From positions 1-25,036 of the forward strand of contig CAXIUT010000142.1 in assembly GCA_964035545.1 (NCBI GenBank): 25,036 nt of DNA. The letters run 5' to 3'. Under the pieces are notes generated by a model. It was given only the letters and a program-made list of their open reading frames with translations. It had not been told where the DNA came from and did not search any database. Below, piece by piece: positions 1 to 12,400 of the stretch. This DNA comes from Bugula neritina. Lineage: Eukaryota; Animalia; Bryozoa. Both the position numbers and the translations under genes were made by a program. Numbering within the stretch: position 1 is the stretch's first letter; each line of letters begins with the position of its first letter.

Positions 1-93
1 CCCAACCCCAACCCCAACCCCAACCCCAACCCCAACCCCAACCCCAACCCCAACCCCAACCCCAACCCCAACCCCAACCCCAACCCCAACCCA
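1..93. repeat. Left telomere, (CCCCAA)n
   Basis: About 15 tandem C4A2 units at the very start of the sequence; Tetrahymena-type ciliate telomere repeat. Confidence 0.98.
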
Positions 94-271
94 CATTATT
101 AATTATATCGAATATCAATAACAAAAATGACCTATTATACTAGATTTATTACTAGTTTTAAAAGACTAATATTTTGTATTATCTTATTAAGAAAATATTT
201 TGTTAAGATTAATGACTATAAATTCTAATTTAAAGGTTTTTATAATATCAAAAAAAAGTAGTATCGACGTT

Positions 272-2806
272 ATGAGCTGGTACAACGCTTACTCGGATAA
301 CACAAAAAAATTATAACAACTCATCGATACAAGACCCAGTCTATAGCAACTCCTCTAATTTCCATAATTTTTATAACTACTCAAAGCATATCAACCAAAA
401 CTACTCTAATATATTTCAAGTTCCATATAAATCCCACAGTAAATGGTCAAATATATCACTCAAGAACCTCATTAAACAGATTCAGATGCAAGAAAACATA
501 AATATCCCCTTCTAACACTTATAATGATTTAAACCAATACCACCTGTATCATAAATTCTTTCTTCAAAGTAAATCCCCAAACACATCGACCATTCTTCAT
601 CCAAGCATTCTAGTAATTTCTATGCAAATAGGAAGAACTACTCCCTCTACTATGTGGATATTTCTCACAAATGAACATCGTCCTCTGGAACAATCGATAT
701 AAAGAAGTAATCAACTTAGTCTATGATTTTAAAACACCTCTTCTCCTTCTAATCAAACACACATACAGTAAAGCCATCATCAACACCATAGTTTTGTATC
801 TCAATCTTGATCTCACTCGAAATCCCAATCTCACACCTTAAAGGACACAACTTAAAATACAAATTATTAAAATTGTATTCGAACAAATGAAAACAGCATT
901 TGCATCTTTCAAAAAAGATTAAGGAAAAAATCAAATAAACTAAATTATTGTCTAAAATGTCTGTGATATACTCATGGAAATAGTATAAAAATATTATCTC
1001 ATTTCAGATGGAAAAACCATGCTAGATTTCATACTAATTCAATAAAATATCGATCTCATCATGGAAATACTCATGTATAAAAAATCTATTTCACATTCAA
1101 TCATAGGACTCGCTCTTGTTATCATGAAATACTACTGTCTTTCCTCTCTTAATCAGTAGGATCTTACCAACATTGACCTTTCAAAGAAAAATCAAGAACG
1201 ACTTGAAGCTCAGCCCTTCATTAAAAAAATAATCTAACTCATTCCTTTAGTTACTGAACAACTTTTTAAATCTAGCAATTTTTCTTTATATAATTCAAGA
1301 TTATTAGATGTTTTTATTCCAATAGTATAGCTATCATCAAAAAAGATAGCATAAGTAGTCAAAAAAAGTCATTTTCTATAAATTTTACTATCATTGCTAT
1401 TCAAATGGCCTAATCTTTCAATTTTACACAAACAAATAGAAAGAACCTTTTATGCTATCTTTTGTTCTGAAAGATTGATTTGTGAATAATACAGAAAATA
1501 CCTTTTTTGTTCTGCAGGAATCATATAAATGACTGCAGGAGAATGCCTGAAAAAAGTTGATAGTATTGGGTAGAAGTCACTAAAGTTAGGATGGTTTTCT
1601 CATGTTATGAAAATAGTCAAAGTCTATTCTAAGATACAAACTAATGATGAAGAAATAAATAGATCTATAGTATAAAGAGGACTTCTTTGGGATAAATTTA
1701 ATAATTGTTTATTTCGACCATATTAAGCCCAAGGCTTCAAAGAGTTAGGTTCATATGAAGGAATCATAGAAAAAACTCCAGTTTAATTCAAAGTCATATC
1801 TGTTGTAGGAGGATTAGGATAAATGAATCCTGTCAGTAAAAGAGTTATCTAAGAATTGATAAAAGAATAATCAATGCAACAATTTTTAACCAATATGCCA
1901 GAAAAAGTAGAATAACAAAAACCAACAAATACAACTTAAGATACTCTTTTTGCAGTTCAGTAATTTCAAAGAGCACCTTAAATGTCTCCAACTAAAATAC
2001 CTTAAAATACTCCTTAAAAATAAGTATAAAATAATCAACAAAGTAAAAAATAAAATAGTCCAAATATTAAAAATTCTCCAACAAATTAAGAACCAAAAAA
2101 GTAATAATAAAAAATTGTGAAAGAATAAAGCGTTTAAGAAAATCATCCACATAATTTCAGCTAGTTTATGAACTCTAAAAAATAATAAATAGCTTCAGAA
2201 TTAGCCAAGAAAAGAAGATCAAGCAGTGAGAAAAGATTAAGTGCAAATAAATCTAGAGTTACTAGTCCTTCACCAAAAAAGTAAAGAAAATGGGATAATC
2301 CAAATACCTCACAATAAGATAATCAAAATAATAATAAACTTAAACCTCAGTAACCAAAAAAACAAAGAATCAGTCTCACCACTCCTGGCACCAAACCTCC
2401 TTCTATCCCTCACACTCCCAGATCACCTAGAATTGGAATATAAAAATCCCACGAATAAACCAAACAAGCCCATCCTTAAAAATAAAAAATAAAACAATAA
2501 AATATCGAGAATAGTCTAGTTGACGATAAAGTAGTATCTTCAATAACAAATCTCTCAGATGAAAGAATATCAAAATCAATGAGTTTTGATTAAAACAATT
2601 CTAATCATCTGTCAAGAGGATCACTACAACTTTAGCACAATAAATAAGAAATAAAATTGCATATGAGTAAAAGTGCTATCAACCTCAATGAACTAAAAAA
2701 TGTCCAATTTAAAAGATAAAGATCTTTAAAGCCAAATAAATAATAATTCAGAAAAATAGATTAAAAAGATAAAGTTTTTCTGTCCTTTCTAGGAGTTAAC
2801 ATATGA
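272..2806 (+). CDS. SAPS-domain protein (SIT4-associated / PP6 regulatory subunit family)
   Basis: Single frame ATG272-TGA2804 with TAR=Glu (844 aa). Motifs typical of SAPS proteins: SLEQLLE..EFLELLKAYQPKLLEY, KYITQEP..DARKHKYP, LLPLLCGYFSQM, LLFKWPNLSILH, GWFSHV; low-complexity C-terminal tail. Confidence 0.85.
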
Positions 2807-2838
2807 TTGTAAACCATAAAACTAATATTAATCATTAT

Positions 2839-4706
2839 TCAATCTTCCTTATTTTCTATATAGTAACAGTATAACTGAGTCTTCTTCAAATAAACCATCA
2901 ACTAAGACCAAACTAACTTTGCCTCTTATGAATCACTTCGACCTCCAAGCATGCGCTAGATAAATTTATAATAATCTCTAATATTTTTTGATTTAGTCCA
3001 AATCGATAACACATTTAGTTTTAAAGCTATTGATGTCAACTATGTATTTAAACTACCTCCGAATACAAGACCTGTATCCAAATTAATCACAATTCCTTCA
3101 GATATTGATAATTTTGCTTTTTCTATCAATCCAGCTAAATTTAGTTTTCTATTCAAAAAGATCTCGATCTTTTGTTTATTTGATCTCCTGTTTTCAGACC
3201 ATAAACCTAAAATCAAACCCATTGGAGCATCCAAATAAGTCTCATGTTCTTCACGAATCGCACTTACTATGATCGGATTTACATAAATTAACGGTCTTAT
3301 CAGCTAAAGAAACTATAACACAGTCTAACTTATTCTTACTTTATTTGTTGAATATAAAACTATTTTTATTTAAGCCAAACCATAAGCTAGCAATAGACCA
3401 TACAACTTAGTCTAGATAGCTTATTCCGATCCATTGTTGATAAATATTTGAGTATTAAATAGTCTATTTTGTAGATATTTGTCAATTAATTGAAAACTAC
3501 TTTAAAGAGGAGGAACATCAGCTGAAAATCTTAAACCTGACTATCCAATACAACAATCAATAGTTTTATTATAATCTGTACTTTTTTGATGGAGAAAACT
3601 TAAAGATTGTTAAAGTTAGTTTGATATTTCAGTTCCATAACTACTTTCAGTCAGAGTTTAAATATGTTTTTTTCTTAATTGTATCCTATCCATCATTAGA
3701 CTTGATAACTTTCTAAACTAATTAAAAAATTTCCATTGAGAAAGAAAACAATAATATCTAGTAAATAAATAATTTACATCTTTCATCTCTTTCTAAAGAA
3801 TAGGTTACTATACTTAACAAACTATCAAATAATCTCTTTATGCACTCTAGACTCCAGATTTCATGATAGGAATAACAAAACTTTATCTTTTATAAGTCTA
3901 TTGAATATTAGCTCTTACCATTGAATTTGAAGTTATTTTAGTTTTAGAACTACAAGGAGATAAAGATAAATCAGGAGTTTTTAAATAATTCTAGCCATAT
4001 ATTAAAGCTAAATACCCACTAAAATCATATTTCTATTCAAATGGATAGTTATATATTATACAAGGACCGTCCTTTCCAATTCCAGTTACAAAAAAGTGTT
4101 CGAAAATAGGTTTAGAATTACTTATTTTCTTGAAAAGAGACTTTTATGAACGAACTGAAAACTATCTACCGAATATTGGCATAGGCAAAGGAATAGTTTT
4201 AGTTGATACAGCCTTTACATGACTTTCTTCTCCAAAACTTTTGTCATACTATTTTCTCCTTTAAGAGCTTTTTTTCAGTAATTTTTGTATTGACTTTTTA
4301 GGTACAAATTCATCAGAATCTATCTAAGATAAATCTTACTGAATATTACTTTAGTCTTAGTCTTTCGAATCTATAAATGATTAATTTTTCCTATAGAGGT
4401 AGAAAGATTTTATTTTTTACTTTGTACCTTTGGAGATTGATTCAAGCAAGTGTCATTATTTTAATTTTGTGTAAAATCAGTTTAATTTTATTAATCACTT
4501 TAGCTGTCAAATTTTTATTATATGTTCATTTTAGGCGTTTAAGGGGTTTTTAAAAGATCTTGGTGATCAAACTTAGTTAACTGTTCTTTAAGTTCTGATA
4601 TTTATCGATAGAGAGAGTTGATAAGACCCTTAGCTTTATCAAGTTGACGTTTAAGATCTTGATTTTATCGAATTAGTTCTCGTTTCTAATCTTTTTCAAA
4701 CAGCAT
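2839..4706 (-). CDS. DENN-domain protein (putative Rab GEF) with N-terminal coiled coil
   Basis: ATG4706, 20-nt intron 4320-4339 (GTAAG...TAG) restores the frame, TGA at 2839-2841 (about 615 aa). PIFEHFFVTG (uDENN start), LDAPMGLILG and EGIVINLDTG (cDENN), KTQLYCYYIE (dDENN end). Confidence 0.8.
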
Positions 4707-4797
4707 TTAAAACGTTTATATACTAGCTTAACTCAATTATAATCAAGATTAAGTATAAAAAAATATAAAAATAATGACCTATGAATCGTAGACCAAC

Positions 4798-5502
4798 TCA
4801 ACTAAATTAAATTTTAAAATATTGCTACTATCCGATATAGATTGATTCTGGATGCTTAAATTATTTTGGTGATGATGGTTAAGGCGTAGAAGGTATTTTT
4901 TTTATTGATGGTTAAGGAATTTTAACAGCAGATGGCGGTTAAGAAATTTTAACTACAGATGGTGGCTTATTTTTGTAGATTTAACGAATACTCATGTTAG
5001 TATCTTCCACTTTCTTTTTTTACATTTTATGTTTAAGTTTTAATGCTTCTTATCTCTTTTCCCTTCTTGTCGGTTGAGTAAAAGATTCTTTTTTCTGAAA
5101 GGAAGGCTGGAATGAAGAAGTCGTAAGATTGCTTGCCGTTGATAATTCATCAGTAATAGAGCTACCAGTAAAAGGATTTTTAGCTTTTGTAGTTCTTGGG
5201 TGTATATTGGACCGAAAATCAACTTCTTTAGGTTTTTCTGAAATTATTTTTTAATTAAAGACCTCTTAGGCTATAGAATGTCCAAATTAATCCATTTAGT
5301 AATATTTCTGTTAACACTTTTTGAGTATTTTCTATTCCATACCTTTGTCACTGGAATCAACTAAGCTTTTGTAAAGTCGTGAGTTTTTTTTAAATGTTTT
5401 AAACATCGAATAGGTTTCATCACCATAAGACAGTAGAGATTGACTTTGACTTACAGTAGAACGATTTGATTTAAATGGATTGATCAAATCATTGTTTTGC
5501 AT
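4798..5502 (-). CDS. Hypothetical protein with Pro-rich C-terminal repeats
   Basis: Open frame of 234 aa with TAR=Glu ending ...PPSVVKISEPPSAVKIPEPSIKKIP...FKIEFS-TGA. Start uncertain: the same frame continues upstream to ATG5808 across one TGA (5581-5583). Confidence 0.6.
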
Positions 5503-5580
5503 TATATTTTATATACCAGCAAATAAGACCTAAATTTCTGTAAAATTTTCTATATCATTAAACCCTAAATCAAACTATTT

Positions 5581-5808
5581 TCAAGCTAATATCATTTTTA
5601 TCAGATTATCTTTAGTTTAAGTCAAAATAATAGACTTAAATAAATAGTTACTTAAAACTTTTTCTTTTATTTTTAGTTATTTCTTGATCTCTTTGATAAT
5701 TTTTTCAATTTGATATTTAATTAAAGATATAAAATGTAAACTTTGTTTTTTTGAATCCTTGAAAGCTTTATTTACTGAATTTAATAGATAAAGTTGATTC
5801 TTATTCAT
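5581..5808 (-). CDS. Short ORF (75 aa), or 5' part of the adjacent hypothetical gene
   Basis: MNKNQLYLLNSVNKAFKDSKKQSLHFISLIKYQIEKIIKEIKKEL...KMILA-TGA; in frame with 4798-5502. Confidence 0.35.
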
Positions 5809-5928
5809 AAGCTATTCTTTTACTTATTGAATCTATCTAAAACCTTATGAATGATATTTAATATCAGTATTTTTGTACTTTGTTCAATAATTTTAGTGCA
5901 GTGGACATAATTTATTTTCAGAAAAATC

Positions 5929-7122
5929 ATGCTTATAAACCTCAGAAAGAAAAACAATAGCAGCAAAGATCTCAATATCTCGAACAGCTCCCATACCTCA
6001 GTTGAAGATTCAAGAGTTGACTCCAACTCCTTAAAACGATTTACTCGCAAAAAAAATTAACTTAACGATAGCAACCGTTCAATCAAAACACCTAAAATGA
6101 TTGATGCAGCAATAAAAAGTTCTCTTTAACAACAAAAACCAATCTATTAAACAAGAAAACCTTATAATGTAGGCAACGGATTCATCAGACAAGAAGATCT
6201 CTATTTAAAAATATCACATACTCCCAGTAAAGGATCATTTATAACTCCTCCCATTAGCACAGATAGAGCTACTGAAGCAACCACTGCTAATAAAATTCAT
6301 TAGAAGATAAAAAAGTATGGAGAAACAGATGTGCCGACGATCAAAAAAACAAATAATGTTGATCTCTAAGAAGAGTTATAACTAAGTCAAGCAGAGGTTA
6401 TGATGCTTTAAGACTAAAATTTAAGACTAAAAGGATAAATTAGTTCACTCGAATCAGAACATCTTCGATTAAGACTTGCTCAATAAAAATAGTATAAACT
6501 TACAGTTAGTAAGCTTAAATAAGATTCTTAGATTCTAAAGAAATAAATTTCAACTAAAAACTAACTAATAAAACAGCTTCAAAAGACTTAAGCATCTCTT
6601 ACTAGAGAACTAAAAGGAGTTAAATATGATAAACAATATCTGTAAAAACAATTATAAGAAATTTATAAGAAAAGAGTTCCAAAAGAATTTAAAGATTTAA
6701 TGTCATTTAGATAGCTATCTTTAATGAAACAAATCTAATAATTAAGAAAATAACTTGACTAGAAAAAGACATAAAAATAAAAGAATATGGAGGGCTAAAT
6801 TGGATAACTAAAGATTAAGAATAATTAAAAATAAGGTTCTATTAAAAAATATTAGATTCAAAGTCATGTTCTTTCTAAAAAAATAGTAGATGCTTAGTAA
6901 TAGATAAAAATTCAAAATTAACAATTCAATAGATGTTTTTTGAACTTAAGATAAATGAATGGAAGTCTGGTTGATCAACTAAAAAGGACAAGAAAATAAA
7001 ATCTGAACCTTAAAAGAATGCATATTCTATCACAAAATCATAAAAGAAAAGGAAGCACCCTTTCAGAAGAATCAGATATCTTAAGCATCAGCCTTTCTCC
7101 AAGATCTCCAAGAGATCTGTGA
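5929..7122 (+). CDS. Coiled-coil hypothetical protein
   Basis: ATG5929-TGA7120, 397 aa with TAR=Glu; Ser-rich N-terminus followed by E/K/L/Q-rich heptad-like sequence. Confidence 0.75.
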
Positions 7123-7156
7123 TATTTTGCATTTTTTATATTAAAAAAATTTAATA

Positions 7157-7897
7157 TCATTTCCTAATCACCAAAAAACAAAAAGCTTGCATCCATTCTA
7201 TCAACTAACTCTTCACTGGTATCCCGATTTCATCCTTAAATGTTCCTGCTTTAATTTTTACTACTAGATAATGATCAAAGTGAATAGTTTAAAACCTAGT
7301 CCAAAATTATTTAAGATTCTAATAGTGCATCTTTGTCCCAGATTTCTCGAGATAACTAAGTTCTAATCCATTTTTTCTATCAATTTTAAGTTTATACTCT
7401 TCCCATCGACTAAACATCTCATTATGTTTAATAACTATTCCTGAAATTTCTTCCTTAAATATTGATTTTTCATTAGTAAAAATATTTACAGTACCCATTC
7501 TTATCCAAGTTAACTGAGAAAATATCTTATATATTGTCTATTTTTCAACATAATAGATCTCCTCCTATTAATGTTCAGTCTCAACCTTCAATATTACTTT
7601 CTAGCTTTTCTTATCAGCATATATTTTAACTTTATTTATATCTGCTACCAAAAGATTACCAAAAGTTTGTGTTGTCAAACGAATAGTATTATTTTTTGTC
7701 TTATCAGAATGAGTGGCCTTTTTTTAACAAACTAACTAAAGTAATACTATTTCTTTAAATTTTAATTCAGTTTCATCTTCTTCTTTATCAATTTTAGTTT
7801 TGGTTGGTTATGTCAACTAAGTTATAGAGTTTTATTCTTTAAGATATTCTTTTGGAAGACTTTGACGAGAACCTTCAGTTGTTATTGAAAGGTCCAT
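7157..7897 (-). CDS. Hypothetical protein with probable C-terminal PH-like domain
   Basis: 246-aa open frame; SGIVIKHNEMFSRWEEYKLKI at the start and SELIEWMQAF at the end match the beta1-beta2 and terminal helix-Trp pattern of PH domains. Confidence 0.6.
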
Positions 7898-7999
7898 CTA
7901 TTATTATCATTTATTATCTACTTTTAAAATTGTCATACTCTTTTTAAAAAATTCAATCATAACATCGAAAATAAAAAGATTTAGATCACTTTTTGTTAT

Positions 8000-9149
8000 T
8001 CAACGATTATATCTTTTTGATACTATTTTAGGAAGCGATTAATGTCTTTTCTTTGGTGATATTCTCTCTGATTTTATCAACTCTACTTTCCTACTGGACT
8101 TCAAGGGAGGAAGACTGATACCTAAAGAATATGGACTCTTCTTCTTTACCTACAAAGTACTCTTATTTCTTTTTACTACAGATATGACTCTCAAAGGAGA
8201 ATAGTTAGCTTTGGGTAGTTTTTCAGTTAAATAATTGATATTCTTTGTTATTTTGATAGTTCGAAGTAAAACTGATTTTTCATCTGCCTCAAGTTATCTC
8301 ACTTTTTTCTGGTTATTTCGAATCAAAGGTAAATCAAGTATCTCTCTACAATTCAACCTTTCTTGGGGATTTACTTTGATCAAATGTTTCAATAAAATTG
8401 ATAGATCTTCAGAATAAGTCTTATTGATCCTTGAATAATATCCTCGACTAACCTTCTTAAACAATCCTTCCATATCTCTAGCTCTAAAAGGAGGCTTCAA
8501 GTTTATAAATTCATATAGTACACACCCCAAAGACCAAATATCAGATTTTGCATCATATGGTTTATCATGCCATACTTAAGGACTGGCATAATATGGTGTG
8601 CCTGTTTGAGTTTAGCACATTGCTTCTTTTCTCACCACTTTTGATACATTCATATCTCCTAATTTAGCAACTCCGTTTTTGCATAAAAATACGTTAGCGC
8701 TCTTAATGATTTTATTGGTACCTTAATGTCTCGATGATAAATTTTGAGATCATGAAGAGCACACAATCCCTTTACAACTTGGATGAAAATATCCCATATC
8801 TCATCTTCTTTGAACTGAGCACCTCTTTTTTTATGATCGAATATTTTTTGAAGCAAATCTCCTCCATCAGCATATTCCATGATGATACTATTTTAGTTAG
8901 TTATTACCAAAGCGACTTGGTTGGAGGGTCATAAAAAGCCTACTTGTAACCTATGATGTTCTGATGTCGAATCGATGCCAGGATTCTCACCTAATTAACC
9001 GCATTATGAATCTATCTGTTCGATAGATTTATTAATTTAACTTTCTTCAAAGCATAAATGGACTAGTCTACTCTTCTCTTCACCTTATATACACTCGAAT
9101 AGGCACCTTCTCCCAACTTAGCGATTATCTCAAAATCATTTATTGACAT
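8000..9149 (-). CDS. NIMA-related (NEK) Ser/Thr protein kinase
   Basis: LGEGAYSSVYKV, YALKKV, NEVRILAS, LCIIMEYADGGDL, HRDIKSANVFL, LGDMNVSK, TQTGTPYYASPEVW, KSDIWSLGC. Two 20-nt introns (8888-8907, 8702-8721); 369 aa. Confidence 0.95.
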
Positions 9150-9333
9150 TACTAAATAATAATCAATGAATATTATTGATAATCAACATCCAGAACACAG
9201 GTTTTTATCAGATTAATGAAATTTTATATAAAATTCTCAATTTATGTCCATTTTTATTCTTACTTTATTTTTGATACTGGTCTATAGATTATAATCTGAA
9301 AAGCGTTATTAATTAATAAGATTTATAATTAAA

Positions 9334-11568
9334 ATGGACTACTCTCTCCCCAGAAAAAGCAACCTTCCAGATACAGCACCTAAAAGTCATCTCACTCAAC
9401 AAGCAAATGCTAATTTATCATCACCAAAATAACTAACCTTTAGAAATACCCCTTCTCCTACTCGAAAATATAACAAAAATAACGAGTAAATATCAAGTAG
9501 ATTAAATCCTTTTCCTGACCATCAAACCAATAGAAATCAATATTCTCCTCTAGCTATTTCACCTTCATTGTTATTATCTGCCCGTACTCCTGATGATGTA
9601 GATCATCTGATAGTGGAACATAAATATGAAGTATAGACTCTTTTACTTTAAATAGGAAGATTACAAGAATAACTTACTAGAGCTCATTAGTTTAGAGATC
9701 TTTAGTTGAGAAAAGCTAAAGAATAACATGAATAAACATCTTTTTTATAGATTTCACAACTAAAACAAACTCATCAAGGACAAGTATAAATATTTTAATT
9801 ACAAATAAGAAAACTCAAAGACCAACTTAATGATAAAAATAATGCCAATAATCGTTTGTAGACTTTACTTGCCAGATAAAAATAAACAAACTAAAGATAA
9901 AAGAACCATTTCAAAGATTAAGTCAAAATTCTAATCTAAAAGAAAAATACATAAATATTTTAACTCAAACAAAACGGATAAAACAAACTAAGATAATTCG
10001 AAGTACAAAGAAACAGTTAAATATAATAAATAAAATATACTTGTGACAAATAACTATCAAAATTGAATAGATTATTATAAAAACATCAAGATGAATTAAT
10101 TCAAATAAAATCTTTTTCATAAATATAAAGAAAATAAAAACAAAAAACTATTTTGTATCTATAAAATTAGAAAAATAATGTATAAAAAAGATATTAATAA
10201 AGATTAAGCTAACAAACTAAAAAATATGACAACATAAAATAAAAATTTAATTAATTCATTAATTAATTTAGCACAGATTCATAAAGAAGTAGATAAGAAC
10301 TAAAAGATATATTTTAAAGTTAATATTCAAATCAAATAAATTTATTAAAAACATTTTAATAATAAAATAATCAACTAAGAAAACAACTTTAAACAGTTAT
10401 ATTAACAACCAATATTGAGAGATAATCTATGAAAGAATAAAATCAACATCTGAAGTAAAGAATCAAATAAAACTCATAAAATTCAATTACTTAAATGGAA
10501 TTACTTAAAGTAAAAATGGCTGCTTTGCATCATATCGATATCAATAACCTTAAATAACTATATTAAATGAAACTTAAACATTCATCTCATTCTATTGTTA
10601 GATTAGATTAAGAATTGTCAAAACTTAGATAGTTTACAAACCTTTTAACTGCTTAAAAATATTAACTCAAAAAAAGATTTTAAAATACCATCGCCATCCT
10701 TAATTCTAAAATATTAAAAATGAGAATGGGAATGTCATCAATGGAAAATTAGTTCAAATAAAAATTAGATAACTAAAAAAGTGTCATGCTCATGACCAGT
10801 AGAAGTTTCCTTAAAGAAGCTTAAGTAAAAACTAATAATAATAAATTTTTATAAGAATAAATCAGAAAAGTAAGACAACTAATGGATCTCCAAGGCAGAT
10901 AGTATTAAAATAATTAAAAATAAGTTGAAGAAAGAATTCAAGAAGCTCATAATCAACTTGAAAGGTTAAGTAATAAAGCTGTCATATTAGCTCAATAAAA
11001 GAAATAGATATAGACAGCGATGGAAGAACTAAGAGCAGCAAAAGATGAATAAATAAAGCAACTGAGAGCACAAATAGCTGTCGTATAAATGCCTTAGAAT
11101 GGAATAGTACAATAGATGAAAATAATAGATGAATTAAAGTAATAGCTAGGCAACAAAAAATAATAAATAGGCATCCTTAAGGATAAAATAACAACTTTAT
11201 AATCACGTATGAAAGAAATGCAGGCTTAAGCTGAAAGATTGCAGATGGAAAATCAAATGAATAGCGATCAAATGAGAAAATAATTTCATGGAGTAGCTGA
11301 GAGACATCTTGAAGAATTTAAAGTATATTATTAAGATAAACTAAAAAGAATGGAATAATAAAAAGTATAACTCAAAAAGATAGTTAGTAGTCAGTATGAA
11401 CAAATTACCTAGTTGATAAAAAAATATAAACATACTTAGTAAGATCTAAAAGAAGCAGTAAAAATGATGAAGAAAAGAACATAACTTTAATAAAAAGTAA
11501 TGAATATTGGACTTGATACCAATCTTGTTAAAAATATGGCATAACTCTTGCCTCGTAATAAAGCATGA
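9334..11568 (+). CDS. Long coiled-coil protein
   Basis: ATG9334-TGA11566 (followed by a second TGA), about 744 aa with TAR=Glu; Pro/Ser-rich head, then E/K/Q-rich coiled coil. Frame spot-checked rather than read codon by codon. Confidence 0.8.
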
Positions 11569-11624
11569 TGATATTTGAGTATTATTTTTATCAATATTCG
11601 CATTATTCATAATTATCTTGTCCT

Positions 11625-11687
11625 GGTTGGGGTTGGGGTTGGGGGTTGGGGTTGGGGTTGGGGTTGGGGTTGGGGGTTGGGGTTGGG
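11625..11687 (+). repeat. Internal telomeric tract 1, (TTGGGG)n
   Basis: 63 nt of G4T2 with two G5 variants, non-telomeric sequence on both sides, 56 nt after the stop of the upstream gene. Confidence 0.95.
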
Positions 11688-12400
11688 AGAACTTTATTAA
11701 CTTAAATTATCTCGCTTCAAAATCAAATAAATTCAAAAAATGACATAAAACTCAAGAAAAACTGTTTATTGTTTAAAAAATGGATTTTATTGGTCAATAT
11801 TGAGATAGGAGTGTTGATTAGGTAGGGTGAAAAGTTGTTGAATATTTTTTATTAAAGCTGAAAAACATAAGTTTCGAATAGTTTAGAGGATTATATTTAA
11901 AAGAGATATAAAGGTATTTTTTTGAATGGTGACTGTTGACACACACACGAATATTACTATTTTGATTCCAATTATCAATCTAATCGATTTTAATTACTAA
12001 CCATCACTCAAATACCTTCACATCCGCCCCATCTCAATTACTCCACCTCACTTCCAATCGAAACAACCTCCTGTTCTCCCACAATTCTCTCAAACTTAAA
12101 TCCTACTCCATAACTTCTATCTTGAGCAACTCTGAACCAGAACTCTTTTGAAGTGAGAAATTCTGGAGGAAATTTGAGTTGATAGATGGAGGGAAAAAAC
12201 CTAGTTTGAAAGCGAGAGGGAGGGAAAGTGAGATAGGATAGTAGATACGATAAAATTGGATGAGTTGCGTATAGAAATGAGTTATGAGAGTATGTGTGTG
12301 TGAGTGAAAAAAGTGTGACTGATGAAGAAGTTGAATTGAGCGCAATATAAATGCAAGAAAAGAAATTAAGGACTTCATAATAATTAGAACAAAGGTGAAG

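Noticed and set aside
11688-12400. Telomerase RNA gene
   Set aside because: I see no isolated CAACCCCAA-type template outside the multi-copy tracts and cannot support the conserved structure.
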